A DNA stretch of 64,000 nt, taken from positions 222,679-286,678 of the forward strand of contig JAQWEN010000001.1 of the NCBI GenBank assembly GCA_028704885.1, in the 5' to 3' direction. The notes under the pieces were generated by a model. The model had not been told where the DNA came from. It made no database searches and worked only from the letters and a program-made list of their open reading frames with translations. Every line of letters starts with the position of its first letter. Position 1 is the first letter of the stretch. This DNA comes from Candidatus Shapirobacteria bacterium. GTDB lineage: Bacteria > Patescibacteriota > Microgenomatia > UBA12405. Below are positions 26,025 through 35,716 of this stretch, piece after piece. A program made the position numbers and the translations under genes.

Positions 26025-26379
26025 TTTGGTTTTGATAAATCACAATAAAAACTGGGGATTAAATGAGAGTTTAGTTGAAAAATTGGCAAAAAAAGCACTA
26101 AAAGAAAAAGGATTTAATGAAAATGTAGAATTGAGTATTAGATTTGTGGGAAGAAAAGTTGCCCGTGATTTAAATGTGAATTATAGAAAGATGAGTTATA
26201 TTCCTCAAGTTTTAGGATTCCCGATGTCAAAAGAGGAGGACGCTGATGGAAAAATTAGATTGGGAGATATTGTAATTTGTACTCAAAAACTGAAGTATGA
26301 GGTTGAATTTCAAAAGTCGAATTTGGATGTTGTTTTATATAGTTGGCTGGTTCATGGGGTTGAAAATTTGTTGAAATGA
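26017..26379 (+). CDS. ybeY: YbeY-like (UPF0054) protein with a degenerate metal-binding motif
   Basis: Aligns to YbeY through VLGFPM ... LGDIVICTQKL ... WLVHG, but ends VHGVENLLK-stop instead of HGxLHLxGYDH. Only the first His of the triad is present. Confidence 0.45.
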   Translation: MDNLVLINHNKNWGLNESLVEKLAKKALKEKGFNENVELSIRFVGRKVARDLNVNYRKMSYIPQVLGFPMSKEEDADGKIRLGDIVICTQKLKYEVEFQKSNLDVVLYSWLVHGVENLLK

Positions 26380-26425
26380 TATAGTTGCGATTATTGTAAA
26401 AGACTAGCTATTTTGGTTTAATCTT

Positions 26426-27979
26426 TTGATGTCAGTTTTTCATTTAAAATATAGACCAATTAAGTTTTCCGATCTTGATTTGACTGATGTGGCAAGTAGT
26501 TTAAAGAAGTATTTAGCTGGCAAAGATGTACCTCAATCGTTTTTATTTTCTGGACCTAAAGGGGCTGGGAAGACGTCAGCGGCGAGAATTTTGGCCAGAG
26601 CGGTAAATTGTACTGACTTACAGAACGGCGAACCTTGTGGAAAATGTGAAAATTGTAAAGAAATAATAAAAGGCGGAGCAATGGATATTATTGAAATGGA
26701 TGGAGCTTCGAATCGAGGAATTGAAGATGTTAGAAGTTTAAAAGATAAAGCCTATTTATTGCCAAGTAAATTAAGTAAAAAAGTTTTCATTATAGATGAA
26801 GTTCACATGTTAACAAAAGATGCTTTTAATGCACTTTTGAAGTTAATTGAAGAACCGCCAAAACATACAATTTTTATTTTATGCACCACAGACTCAGAAA
26901 AGATTCCAGAAACAGTTTTATCAAGATTGGTTAGAGTTGATTTTAGAAAAGGTGGAAAAAGTGAATTGATGAGTTCTTTGCAAAAAATTATAGAAGGTGA
27001 GGGAATTGAAATTGCCAAAGAAGCGATTGATTTTATCGTGGAAAAAAGTGATGGAAGTTTTAGAAATTTACAAAGAAATTTTAATGAATTGTATTTACAA
27101 TTAGGTAAAAAATTAAAAACTGATGAAGTTTTTAAATTTTATTTGGATAAAAGTGGTAGTTATAGTGAAGAAAATTTTGATAAAGATTTAGACGAGGGAA
27201 ATATAAAATTAATTTTGGAAAAACTGGAAAAAATGGCAAACGATGGAATCGATTTTTCTAGTTTTAGATTAAAATTGATGAACTTTTTTCAAAAGAAAAT
27301 TTTGGCATTTTACGGAATAGGAGATAATAAAAATATTGGATTAAATTTGGAAGAATCGGAGTTTTTAATAAATTTATTAGTAAAAGCGTCGAAACAGGAA
27401 AAAGAAGTAGAAATAGATCAATTACCATTAGAATTGGCAGTGGTGGAATTTGTGGGACAAAAGAGAAATAATGTTGATCAAAAAAATAAAAAAGAAATTG
27501 AAATTGTAAAAGAAAAGCCAATAATTGTTGAAACTATGGCGGTTGAGGAAAAAGTAGTTGAGGCTGAAGAACCAGTAATAGTAAACCAAGATTGTACTAT
27601 CGGGGTTGAAGCAGTGGAGGAAAAATGGGGTAATTTATTAATGGCAATCAAACCTTTTAATCATTCGGTCGAAGCATTTTTAAGGGCTTCCAGACCAAAA
27701 TCGATTAAAGGTAAAACCTTACTTTTGGAAGTTTTTTATCCTTTTCATAAAGATAGATTAGAGGAGGCAAAAAATAGAAAAATAGTAGAAGAATGTATGA
27801 CTAAAGTTTTTGGAATTGATTTATGTTTTGAATGTATCTTAGGAAAAAGTAAAAAAGAACCGTTGGTAATTAAAAATGACACGCCGATGCAAAATGTTAG
27901 TGATCAATTAATGGAAAATAAAAATGACAAGGCTGGTGGTGGGGATATTTATGATGTGGCTAAAGAGATATTTGGTTGA
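26426..27979 (+). CDS. dnaX: DNA polymerase III subunit gamma/tau
   Basis: Walker A GPKGAGKTSAARILARAVNC, zinc module CGKCENCKEI, and the clamp-loader motif SRLVRV (SRC-like). Confidence 0.85.
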   Translation: MMSVFHLKYRPIKFSDLDLTDVASSLKKYLAGKDVPQSFLFSGPKGAGKTSAARILARAVNCTDLQNGEPCGKCENCKEIIKGGAMDIIEMDGASNRGIEDVRSLKDKAYLLPSKLSKKVFIIDEVHMLTKDAFNALLKLIEEPPKHTIFILCTTDSEKIPETVLSRLVRVDFRKGGKSELMSSLQKIIEGEGIEIAKEAIDFIVEKSDGSFRNLQRNFNELYLQLGKKLKTDEVFKFYLDKSGSYSEENFDKDLDEGNIKLILEKLEKMANDGIDFSSFRLKLMNFFQKKILAFYGIGDNKNIGLNLEESEFLINLLVKASKQEKEVEIDQLPLELAVVEFVGQKRNNVDQKNKKEIEIVKEKPIIVETMAVEEKVVEAEEPVIVNQDCTIGVEAVEEKWGNLLMAIKPFNHSVEAFLRASRPKSIKGKTLLLEVFYPFHKDRLEEAKNRKIVEECMTKVFGIDLCFECILGKSKKEPLVIKNDTPMQNVSDQLMENKNDKAGGGDIYDVAKEIFG

Positions 27980-27987
27980 GGTATAAT
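27980..27987 (+). promoter_or_regulatory. -10 element GGTATAAT upstream of ybaB
   Basis: GAGGTATAAT lies 31 nt upstream of the ybaB ATG and is a member of the recurring motif. Confidence 0.25.
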
Positions 27988-28018
27988 AATTAAAAATTAA
28001 TAATTAAGAATTAATAAT

Positions 28019-28267
28019 ATGTTTGATAAAGCAAAAATGTTAGCCCAAGCTTATAAATTGAAGAAGGCGATCGAGGCCGAATCTTTTGAGATTGAAGAAA
28101 ATGGAGTAAAAGTAACCGTGACTGGTGATCAAAAAATTAAATTTTTGTCGGTTAATGGAATGGAAAATAAAGTTTTGGTAGATACTATTAATAAGGCGAT
28201 GAAAAAATCTCAAGAAATGGCAGCTAAAAGAATGAAGGATATGGGTGGGCTTGAAGGATTATTTTAA
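28019..28267 (+). CDS. ybaB: nucleoid-associated protein YbaB/EbfC
   Basis: MFDKAKMLAQAYKLKKAIEAE ... VTVTGDQKIKFLSVNG; the conserved dnaX-ybaB-recR arrangement. Confidence 0.8.
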   Translation: MFDKAKMLAQAYKLKKAIEAESFEIEENGVKVTVTGDQKIKFLSVNGMENKVLVDTINKAMKKSQEMAAKRMKDMGGLEGLF

Positions 28268-28268
28268 T

Positions 28269-28886
28269 ATGGTGGAATTACCAAAAAGCATTAAAAATTT
28301 AATTGCGGCTTTCGAAAGACTGCCGGGGATTGGGCCAAAAAGCGCTAGTCGATTGGTTTTTTATTTACTAAATACCCCAGAATCATATGTGGCCGAAATG
28401 GCCAGATCGCTTTTGGCAATTAAAAAAGAAATAAAGATATGTAAGACATGTTTTTCAGTATGCGAAGGGGAAATTTGTTCAATTTGTGATGACTCAGAGA
28501 GAAATAAAAAAATTATCTGTGTAGTGGAGAGAGCTATTGATGTAATGGCAATTGAAAATATTGGTGGCTATAAAGGCGTTTATCATGTTTTAGGTGGAGT
28601 AGTTAATCCATTGGAACATGTAGGCCCTGATGATTTAAAAATAGATGAATTAGTTAAAAGGGTTGAGGAAATAGTCACTGATGGAGAAATAGAAATTATT
28701 TTGGCGACCAACCCGACTATGGAAGGTGAGGCGACAGCTTTATATATTAAAAAAAGATTAGAAAGTTTGTCTGATAAAAATATTAAAATTTCCAGAATTG
28801 GAAGTGGTTTACCGATGGGGGCTGATCTGGAATATGCGGATCAGGCTACTTTAAGCCGAGCCATGGATGGAAGGAGAGAGATATAA
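28269..28886 (+). CDS. recR: recombination protein RecR
   Basis: HhH LPGIGPKSASRLVFYLL, C4 zinc finger CKTCFSVCEGEICSICDD, and a Toprim domain. The ATG at 28269 is preferred over the track start at 28245, which overlaps ybaB. Confidence 0.9.
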   Translation: MVELPKSIKNLIAAFERLPGIGPKSASRLVFYLLNTPESYVAEMARSLLAIKKEIKICKTCFSVCEGEICSICDDSERNKKIICVVERAIDVMAIENIGGYKGVYHVLGGVVNPLEHVGPDDLKIDELVKRVEEIVTDGEIEIILATNPTMEGEATALYIKKRLESLSDKNIKISRIGSGLPMGADLEYADQATLSRAMDGRREI

Positions 28887-28892
28887 TAAATT

Positions 28893-29369
28893 ATGAATCA
28901 AATAGTAAAAGATTTTGGAAAAGGATTTAAACAATTAGGGGTAGAAACGGCGGAAAAATTAGTTAATGAAACAGGAAAAATTGCGGAATCAATAATTACG
29001 GCAAAAGAACTTTTGGGTGACATTAAACCATTAAATGATCAAGAATTGACTCAAAAGAAAGCTGAAGATGAAAGAAAAAAACAAGAAGAAATAGCAAACG
29101 TTAGATCACAAATGGCTGGTAGAAATGTAGAAAGTGAAATTGAACAAATTAGTAATCAGAAAAAAAGAGAAGAAAATGAAAAAGAAAAAATGTTTTTAGA
29201 AAATTTAAGAAGACAAAGAGAAGTCGAAAGGCAAAATCAAATTATGAATTCAGAAATAATGACGCCATCAAAACACCATAAGGATAAAGGCGGAAATAAA
29301 CATAAGACCCAACAGCCAGATGAAAGCCAAATGTCGCAAACAAGCGAGTTTAAGGGTAAAATAGATTAA
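28893..29369 (+). CDS. hypothetical coiled-coil, Lys/Glu-rich protein
   Basis: 158 aa, charged low-complexity with KKQEEIANVRSQ ... repeats. No catalytic motif. Confidence 0.3.
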   Translation: MNQIVKDFGKGFKQLGVETAEKLVNETGKIAESIITAKELLGDIKPLNDQELTQKKAEDERKKQEEIANVRSQMAGRNVESEIEQISNQKKREENEKEKMFLENLRRQREVERQNQIMNSEIMTPSKHHKDKGGNKHKTQQPDESQMSQTSEFKGKID

Positions 29370-29372
29370 AAG

Positions 29373-30752
29373 ATGAAATTTTATAATACTTTAACTAGAG
29401 AAAAACAGGAATTTAAACCAATAAAAGAAAATGAAGTGGGGATTTATTCTTGTGGACCAACGGTTTATTCTAGCCCTCATATTGGAAATATGTATGCCTA
29501 TGTTTGTTGGGATGTTTTGGTAAGAAGTTTAAATTATTTAGGATATAAAACTAATTGGGTGATGAATATAACTGATGTGGGACATCTAACCTCTGATGCA
29601 GATAGTGGTGAAGACAAGATGGAAAAAGGGTCAAAAAAAGAAGGCTTATCAGTTTGGGAAATTGCTAAAAAATATGAAAATGAATTTTTAGAAAATTTAA
29701 AAGAATTGAATATTAAAACACCTTGGAAAATGCCAAGAGCGACTGATCATATTAATGAACAAATTGAATTAATTAAAAAAATCGAAGCTAATGGTTTTAC
29801 TTATAAAATAAGTGATGGAATTTATTTTGATACGTCGAAATTTGCTGATTATGGAAAATTTGCTAATTTGAATTTGGAAAAATTGAGAGAGGGGGCGAGG
29901 GTGGAAATTAACGAAGAAAAGAAAAACCCAGCTGATTTTGCCTTGTGGAAGTTTTCTCCTATAAATGAAAAAAGACAAATGGAATGGGAAAGTCCATGGG
30001 GAATGGGATTCCCAGGCTGGCATATTGAATGTACAGCCATGTCAACAAAATATTTAGGCGAAACTTTTGATATTCATACAGGTGGTGAAGATCATATTAA
30101 TGTTCATCATACTAATGAAATTGCACAAGGATTTGGGGCTTTTGGGCACAACACAGCTCATTATTGGATGCATAATGCTTTTATTACTTTTGCTGGATCA
30201 AAAATTAGTAAATCTAGTGGTGGTTTATATACTGTAAAAGATTTAATTGATTTGGATTTTGATCCGTTGGCCTATCGATATTTAGTATTAGGATCGCATT
30301 ATAGAAAAGGGATGGAATTTTCGTTGGAGAATTTAAAAGTAGCAGAGAATGCGTTGAATAGATTAAGGAATCTTAGAGTAGAGACGCATCATGATGCGTC
30401 TCTACATAAAATTAATCAGGCTTTTAAACAGGAATTTGTGGAGAAAATTGGTGATGATTTGGCAATGCCGGAAGTATTGGCTTTGGTTTGGAAGGTAGCT
30501 AAATCAGATTTAAATCCAGAAGAAAAATGGGCAACTATTTTGGATTTTGATAAAGTTTTGGGATTAAATTTAAATAAAGAAATTGCAGAAGAAGAAATTC
30601 CGGAGGAAATTTTAAAATTGGGAGAAGAGAGAAAAGAGGCGAGAGTAAATAAAAATTGGACAGAGTCCGACAGACTTAGGGAAATTATTAAAAATAAAGG
30701 TTATCTAGTTGAAGATTTAGAAAATACCTGTAAAATCAAACCAATAAAGTAA
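29373..30752 (+). CDS. cysS: cysteinyl-tRNA synthetase
   Basis: Class I motifs HIGN (CGPTVYSSPHIGNMYAY) and KMSKS (KISKSSG). Confidence 0.9.
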   Translation: MKFYNTLTREKQEFKPIKENEVGIYSCGPTVYSSPHIGNMYAYVCWDVLVRSLNYLGYKTNWVMNITDVGHLTSDADSGEDKMEKGSKKEGLSVWEIAKKYENEFLENLKELNIKTPWKMPRATDHINEQIELIKKIEANGFTYKISDGIYFDTSKFADYGKFANLNLEKLREGARVEINEEKKNPADFALWKFSPINEKRQMEWESPWGMGFPGWHIECTAMSTKYLGETFDIHTGGEDHINVHHTNEIAQGFGAFGHNTAHYWMHNAFITFAGSKISKSSGGLYTVKDLIDLDFDPLAYRYLVLGSHYRKGMEFSLENLKVAENALNRLRNLRVETHHDASLHKINQAFKQEFVEKIGDDLAMPEVLALVWKVAKSDLNPEEKWATILDFDKVLGLNLNKEIAEEEIPEEILKLGEERKEARVNKNWTESDRLREIIKNKGYLVEDLENTCKIKPIK

Positions 30753-30780
30753 TTGTCAAATTACGCTTAATATGTTAATC
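30752..30780 (+). promoter_or_regulatory. candidate sigma-70 promoter (TTGTCA, 17-nt spacer, TAATCT) for the rpsF-ssb-rpsR operon
   Basis: -35 at 30752-30757 and -10 at 30775-30780, with a 17-nt spacer, about 10 nt upstream of the rpsF ATG. Confidence 0.3.
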
Positions 30781-30790
30781 TAGTGAGTTC

Positions 30791-31081
30791 ATGAAAGGAA
30801 ATAAATATCAATATCAAATTATAATGGTTTTGAACCCCAAAACCGAAGACAAAGAAAAAGTTTTAACAAAAGCTTATTCTTGGTTAGAAAGTAATAAAGC
30901 TGAAATCTCTAATAAAGATCATATGGGTCTTAAAGAGTTGGCTTACGAAATAAAAGGTCACGATAAAGGTGATTTTTGGGTCTTAGATCTAGAGTCTAAA
31001 GAACCTTTAAAAATAAAAGAATTTAATCTTTTATTAGACAGAGAAACAAATATTATTCGTTATTTAATTTTAAAAAAGTAA
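30791..31081 (+). CDS. rpsF: 30S ribosomal protein S6
   Basis: YQIIMVLNP resembles the S6 start (YEIVFMV.P). Supported by the rpsF-ssb-rpsR synteny. Confidence 0.7.
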   Translation: MKGNKYQYQIIMVLNPKTEDKEKVLTKAYSWLESNKAEISNKDHMGLKELAYEIKGHDKGDFWVLDLESKEPLKIKEFNLLLDRETNIIRYLILKK

Positions 31082-31093
31082 GGGGAAACATAT

Positions 31094-31591
31094 ATGCCAA
31101 GTAGATGTCTCAATAGGGTAATGTTAATCGGTAATTTAACTCGTGACCCAGAGTTAAGATATACTCCAGCTGGTATGGCTGTAGCTTCTTTTGGTTTAGC
31201 TACCAATAGAGTTTGGGTAACAAAACAAGGTGAAAGAAAAGAAGATGCTCAATTTCACCGAATTGTGGCTTGGAATAAATTAGCTGAGCTTTGTTCACAA
31301 CTTTTGTCTAAAGGCCGAAGAGTTTATGTTGATGGTAGAATTCAATATCGAGAATTTAATGATCAAGAAAACAATAAAAAGCAAATTGCTGAAATTGTGA
31401 TTGATGATATGATTATTCTTGATAATAAGGGTAACAATAATGATCATAATGTATCTGGAGATTTGGGTGGTGAGGCAGATATGTCAATTAATGAAGGTCA
31501 TGAAGCTCAAATTGAGGATATAGTTATTCCAGATGATTTGGGAGAAATTCCAGTTACTGAAGATAAAAAGGGTGAAGAAATGCCTTTTTAA
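31094..31591 (+). CDS. ssb: single-stranded DNA-binding protein
   Basis: OB-fold start LNRVMLIGNLTRDPELRYTPAGMAVASFGLATN and an acidic C-terminal tail ending EEMPF. Confidence 0.85.
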   Translation: MPSRCLNRVMLIGNLTRDPELRYTPAGMAVASFGLATNRVWVTKQGERKEDAQFHRIVAWNKLAELCSQLLSKGRRVYVDGRIQYREFNDQENNKKQIAEIVIDDMIILDNKGNNNDHNVSGDLGGEADMSINEGHEAQIEDIVIPDDLGEIPVTEDKKGEEMPF

Positions 31592-31600
31592 GGAGAAAAT

Positions 31601-31852
31601 ATGATTAAGAAAAGCAAAAAAGATAATATATTAGCAGCAAAAAGAAGAGGCCGAGAAAAGGGTTGTTCTTATTGCAAAACTAATACAACTCCAAATTGGC
31701 AGGAATATGAAAAAATGGGTGAATTCTTATCAGCTAGATCAAGAATTTTAGGAGCTCAGTTTAGTGGAGTTTGTGCCAAACACCAAAGAAAATTGGTTAA
31801 AGCAATTAAGCAAGCTAGACATTTGGCTTTGATGCCTTTTACAACCCAATAA
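31601..31852 (+). CDS. rpsR: 30S ribosomal protein S18
   Basis: CSYCKTN ... FLSARSRILGAQFSGVCAKHQRKLVKAIKQARHLALMPF matches the S18 family. Confidence 0.85.
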   Translation: MIKKSKKDNILAAKRRGREKGCSYCKTNTTPNWQEYEKMGEFLSARSRILGAQFSGVCAKHQRKLVKAIKQARHLALMPFTTQ

Positions 31853-31875
31853 AGGCTAATTTTGTATTTAAATTA

Positions 31876-31905
31876 AAGACCCTCCGAAATTTCGGAGGGT
31901 CTTTT
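31876..31905 (+). terminator. rho-independent terminator after rpsR
   Basis: GACCCTCCG-AAATTT-CGGAGGGTC followed by TTTT. The stem sequence is nearly identical to the tsf terminator. Confidence 0.6.
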
Positions 31906-31962
31906 CGGCCAGAGGCCGATCAGCCTGTGGCTGAGGTTATATAAACAATATATAATGAATGA

Positions 31963-32709
31963 ATGAGATCGAAAGATAAAGCCAGTTGGATAATTAAATT
32001 ACCGGCTAAGGCAAAAATTTTAGTTGAGGTTGGAGATAAAGTTTCCGAAGGTGATAAATTGGCAGTTTTTAGTAGTCATAAAATAGAAACTTTTGATTAT
32101 AGTGGCCCTTTGTCAAAGATGAATGAAAACAAAAGAGAAGAATTAAATAACTTTATTAAAGAAAAACAAGTAACATCTGGTGATATATTTTATGATTTGG
32201 GAATTTTTAAGAATAAAATTTGTTTTCCTTTAACTGGTTTGTGTTTAGGATTAGATGAATTTAAAAACTTGAGAATTGAAAAAGTAGAAAATGAAAAAAA
32301 GGAGATTTTTGCTCCAGTTGAGGCTAAAATTAGTAAGATTGAGGAAGGAAAAATGGTTTTAGAGTTTAAGGCCAAAGAATATAAAGGAGAAGGATTAAAT
32401 CAATTGAAGGCGTGGGGAGAAGGGGAAATCAAAATTATTGATGAGATTAAACTTTTGAATTTTGAATTAAATAATAATGTTTTATTTACAAAAAATTTAG
32501 ATAAAGCTTTTTTATTAAAAGCACAAGTGGTTGGGGTAAGAGCAATAGTAATATCAGATAATAATGAAATTAAGGAAGTGAATATTAACCTACCAGTATT
32601 GAGGATGGAAAAAGAAAATTGGAATGAGTTTATGAAGGAAAATTTAGGAAAAAATAAAAAAATGCTAGTCAATTCTAAAATGAATAAATTATTATTAATG
32701 TTAGAATAG
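31963..32709 (+). CDS. hypothetical protein
   Basis: 248-aa ORF, Lys/Glu-rich with no recognisable motif, directly upstream of ctpA. Confidence 0.3.
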   Translation: MRSKDKASWIIKLPAKAKILVEVGDKVSEGDKLAVFSSHKIETFDYSGPLSKMNENKREELNNFIKEKQVTSGDIFYDLGIFKNKICFPLTGLCLGLDEFKNLRIEKVENEKKEIFAPVEAKISKIEEGKMVLEFKAKEYKGEGLNQLKAWGEGEIKIIDEIKLLNFELNNNVLFTKNLDKAFLLKAQVVGVRAIVISDNNEIKEVNINLPVLRMEKENWNEFMKENLGKNKKMLVNSKMNKLLLMLE

Positions 32710-33915
32710 ATGATGAAATTTAAATATATAAGAAATTTAGTTGTACTTTTGGCCTTATTATCGGTAGTTTCTCTTGTTAGTTTTAAAATTGGTAGAGATT
32801 CTAGTGGAGTAGTTACTAGTAACGGAGATAAGTTGAATTTATCTTTAATGTGGCAGGTGAAAGATAAATTGAATCAAATGTTCTTAGAGAAAGATAAATT
32901 GGTTGATAAAAATATGGAATATGGAGCTATTCAAGGGATGGTGGCTTCTTTAGGTGATCCGTACACAGTATTTTTACCTCCAACTGACAATAAAAGTGCT
33001 AATGAAGATTTAGCAGGTGAATTTGGAGGGGTGGGAATTTCTTTGGGTTATAAAGATAAAAATTTAGCAGTGGTGTCGCCAGTGGCTAAAAGTCCAGCTG
33101 AAAAAGCTGGAGTTAAAGCTGGAGATTTAATTTTAAAGATAACTGATAAAGCCAACAACATAGATAAAGAAACAACAGATATGTCTTTGAGCGAAGCTGT
33201 TAGTTTAATTAGGGGGAAAATAGGAACTGAAGTAACTTTAAAAATGTATCGGGAGGGTAAGAGTGATTATTTTGATGTGGTTTTGAAAAGAGATAATATT
33301 GTGGTTCCTAGTATTGAATTAGAATGGAAAGAACAGGGTGGAAAAAAGGTGGCTTGGGTTAAATTATATAAATTTACAGATACATTATTTACTGACTGGC
33401 CGGCAAAAGTGGAAGAAATTAAACAAGAAAAGGCCAAAGGTAATTTTGGAGGAATAATATTAGACTTGAGAAATAATCCAGGTGGTTATTTACAAGCCAG
33501 TGTGTTGGTAGCTTCTGATTTTGTGAAGAGTGGAACAATTGTGACTCAAAAATCTTATGATGGCAGTGAAGAAAAATATGATGTGATCGAAGGAATGGGC
33601 AATCTGTTGGACGAAAAGCTGGTAGTTTTAATAAATGGTGGTTCGGCTTCAGCATCAGAAATTTTGGCTGGGGCATTGAAAGATTTTAATCGAGCTAAAT
33701 TAGTTGGTGAAAAAAGTTTTGGAAAAGGAACAGTTCAACAACCTGAGGATTTTAAAGATGGCAGTGGACTTCATATAACTATTGCTAAATGGTTATTACC
33801 AAATGGAGCAAATATTCATAAAGTAGGAATTGAACCTGATATTGAAGTTAAGCCTGGTGATGATGCCAATGTTGATTTGCAGTTGAATAAAGCATTGGAA
33901 ACAGTTTTAAAATAG
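32710..33915 (+). CDS. ctpA: carboxyl-terminal processing protease (S41, tail-specific protease)
   Basis: PDZ (GVGISLGYKDKNLAVVSPVAKSPAEKAGVKAGD) and S41 catalytic region (VLINGGSASASEILAGALKD ... K). N-terminal TM. Confidence 0.8.
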   Translation: MMKFKYIRNLVVLLALLSVVSLVSFKIGRDSSGVVTSNGDKLNLSLMWQVKDKLNQMFLEKDKLVDKNMEYGAIQGMVASLGDPYTVFLPPTDNKSANEDLAGEFGGVGISLGYKDKNLAVVSPVAKSPAEKAGVKAGDLILKITDKANNIDKETTDMSLSEAVSLIRGKIGTEVTLKMYREGKSDYFDVVLKRDNIVVPSIELEWKEQGGKKVAWVKLYKFTDTLFTDWPAKVEEIKQEKAKGNFGGIILDLRNNPGGYLQASVLVASDFVKSGTIVTQKSYDGSEEKYDVIEGMGNLLDEKLVVLINGGSASASEILAGALKDFNRAKLVGEKSFGKGTVQQPEDFKDGSGLHITIAKWLLPNGANIHKVGIEPDIEVKPGDDANVDLQLNKALETVLK

Positions 33916-33920
33916 ATTTT

Positions 33921-34904
33921 ATGAAAAAAGGAATCATTATTGGTTTGTTTTTGGGAGTATTAATAACTGGATTGATCTTTATATTTCTTAATAAAAAAGA
34001 AGTTGTAAGTGTCAAAAAAGAAATCGTTAATGAGGAATCAGTGGTGACTAAAGTAGTGGAAGAATCAACTCCAAGCGTGGTAACGATTAGAACAGAACAA
34101 GACGTAGGAACAGGTTTTATTATTAGCAGCGATGGTTTGATTGTGACCAATAAACATGTAGTGGCTGATGTAACAGTTAGTTATAAAGTAGTGATTGGAA
34201 AAGATGAAGTAGTGGAAGTTAAAAATATTTATAGAGACCCCTTAAATGATTTGGCTATTATTAAGATAGAAAAAACTAACTTAAATATGGTTAATTTAGG
34301 TGATTCGGATAAATTAAAAGTTGGCCAATCAGTAATTGCGATTGGGACAGCTTTAGGGGAATTTAGATCAACAGTGACAACTGGAGTGATTTCGGGATTG
34401 GGCAGAGGGATTACGGCCGGAGCTGTTGGTGAAACAGAAAAATTGGATAATGTAATTCAAACTGATGCGGCTATTAATCCTGGTAATTCCGGGGGTCCAT
34501 TATTTAATTCGAGCGGCGAGGTAATTGGGGTAAACGTGGCGGTATCGCAGAGTGGTCAAAATATTGGTTTTGCTTTACCGATTAATTTAATTAAAGAATC
34601 CATTGCTTATTTTAGAAAAACAGGGGAGTTTGAAAGGCCTTATTTAGGCGTGGGCTATAAAATGATAAAAGATTCTGGGGCTTGGGTGCAAAGTGTTTCT
34701 GAAAATAGTCCCGCATTTAAGGCTGGAATTGAAAAAGGAGATATTATTACCGAAGTCGATTCGGAAAAATTAATAGATAGTGATAGCGGTGATTTAGTGA
34801 AAGTGATTAATACAAAAAAGATTGGTGATGTAATTGAAGTAAAAATCTGGCGAGAAAAAATAGAAAAAACTATTAAAGTGACTTTAGAAAAGAAAATTAA
34901 TTAG
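33921..34904 (+). CDS. htrA: HtrA/DegP-family serine protease (S1C) with PDZ
   Basis: Catalytic triad context HVV, D, and GNSGGPLFN, plus a C-terminal PDZ. N-terminal TM. Confidence 0.8.
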   Translation: MKKGIIIGLFLGVLITGLIFIFLNKKEVVSVKKEIVNEESVVTKVVEESTPSVVTIRTEQDVGTGFIISSDGLIVTNKHVVADVTVSYKVVIGKDEVVEVKNIYRDPLNDLAIIKIEKTNLNMVNLGDSDKLKVGQSVIAIGTALGEFRSTVTTGVISGLGRGITAGAVGETEKLDNVIQTDAAINPGNSGGPLFNSSGEVIGVNVAVSQSGQNIGFALPINLIKESIAYFRKTGEFERPYLGVGYKMIKDSGAWVQSVSENSPAFKAGIEKGDIITEVDSEKLIDSDSGDLVKVINTKKIGDVIEVKIWREKIEKTIKVTLEKKIN

Positions 34905-35628
34905 TTTTATTTTCTTCTTCTGGTTGGTCAAGGACGGTGAGTTCGAGAAATAAATCGTCTAAATTACCCTGCATAATGCTGTCCAAGTTATTAAATGTTT
35001 TGTCGATTCTATGGTCTTTTATTTGATTTCTGGGGTAATTATATGTTCGGATTTTATCGGCACGAGTTGATTGACTGATATTGGCACGACCAGCAGAGAC
35101 TTGAGAGGCGCGTTTTTCTTCTTCCAACTGATAAAGTTTGTTTTTAAGTAATTCAAGAGCAATTTCTCGATTTTGTTGTTGATAACGTTCGGTGCGGACA
35201 TCAAACATTAAACCAGTGGGTTTATGAACTAAATGAATGGCAGTGGAAACTTTATTAACATTTTGACCACCATTACCGCCAGCGCGACAGGCGGTGATGG
35301 TAACATCTTCCATTCTAAAATTGACCTCTTTAGAGTCGATTTTAGGCATGACAGCGATTGAAGCGGTAGAAGTTTGAATACGGCCTCTTTTTTCAGTTTC
35401 TGGAATACGTTGAACACGATGAGTGCCAGCTTCGTATTTTAATTGATTATAAGCATCAAAGCCGGTTATTTGGATGATAAAGCCGTCGATTTGACGGACT
35501 TTCCAACCAACTTTATTAGCATAGCGGATATACATGTTCATTAAATCTTGGGCCCAAAGAGTTGCCTCTTGGCCGCCAGGACCGGGGTGAAATTCCATAA
35601 TGGCAATGTTGTTGTTGATATTAGGCAT
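34897..35628 (-). CDS. prfA: class I peptide chain release factor, RF1 type (PET tripeptide, GGQ), lacking N-terminal domain 1
   Basis: [23 protein letters not shown] aligns to the RF1 domain 2 start (AGTGGDEAALFAGDLFRMY). It has [14 protein letters not shown] (PxT), GGQ (GGNGGQNVN) and DHRIDKT. An in-frame stop lies 58 nt upstream and rpmE is the upstream neighbour. Confidence 0.7.
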   Translation of the reverse strand: MPNINNNIAIMEFHPGPGGQEATLWAQDLMNMYIRYANKVGWKVRQIDGFIIQITGFDAYNQLKYEAGTHRVQRIPETEKRGRIQTSTASIAVMPKIDSKEVNFRMEDVTITACRAGGNGGQNVNKVSTAIHLVHKPTGLMFDVRTERYQQQNREIALELLKNKLYQLEEEKRASQVSAGRANISQSTRADKIRTYNYPRNQIKDHRIDKTFNNLDSIMQGNLDDLFLELTVLDQPEEENKTN

Positions 35629-35716
35629 AATTTTAAATTTAAAATTTTTAATTTTTAATAAAATGTAATAAAAAAACCGCCAAATTTACAAGAAATTAAA
35701 GCGGTTTTTAGAGTAG

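Noticed and set aside
34897-35700. Programmed +1 frameshift (prfB-like) to explain the short release factor
   Set aside because: The tripeptide is PET (RF1-type PxT), not SPF. There is no CTT TGA C-like frameshift site, no upstream ORF fragment in any frame, and only a 58-nt spacer to the rpmE terminator.
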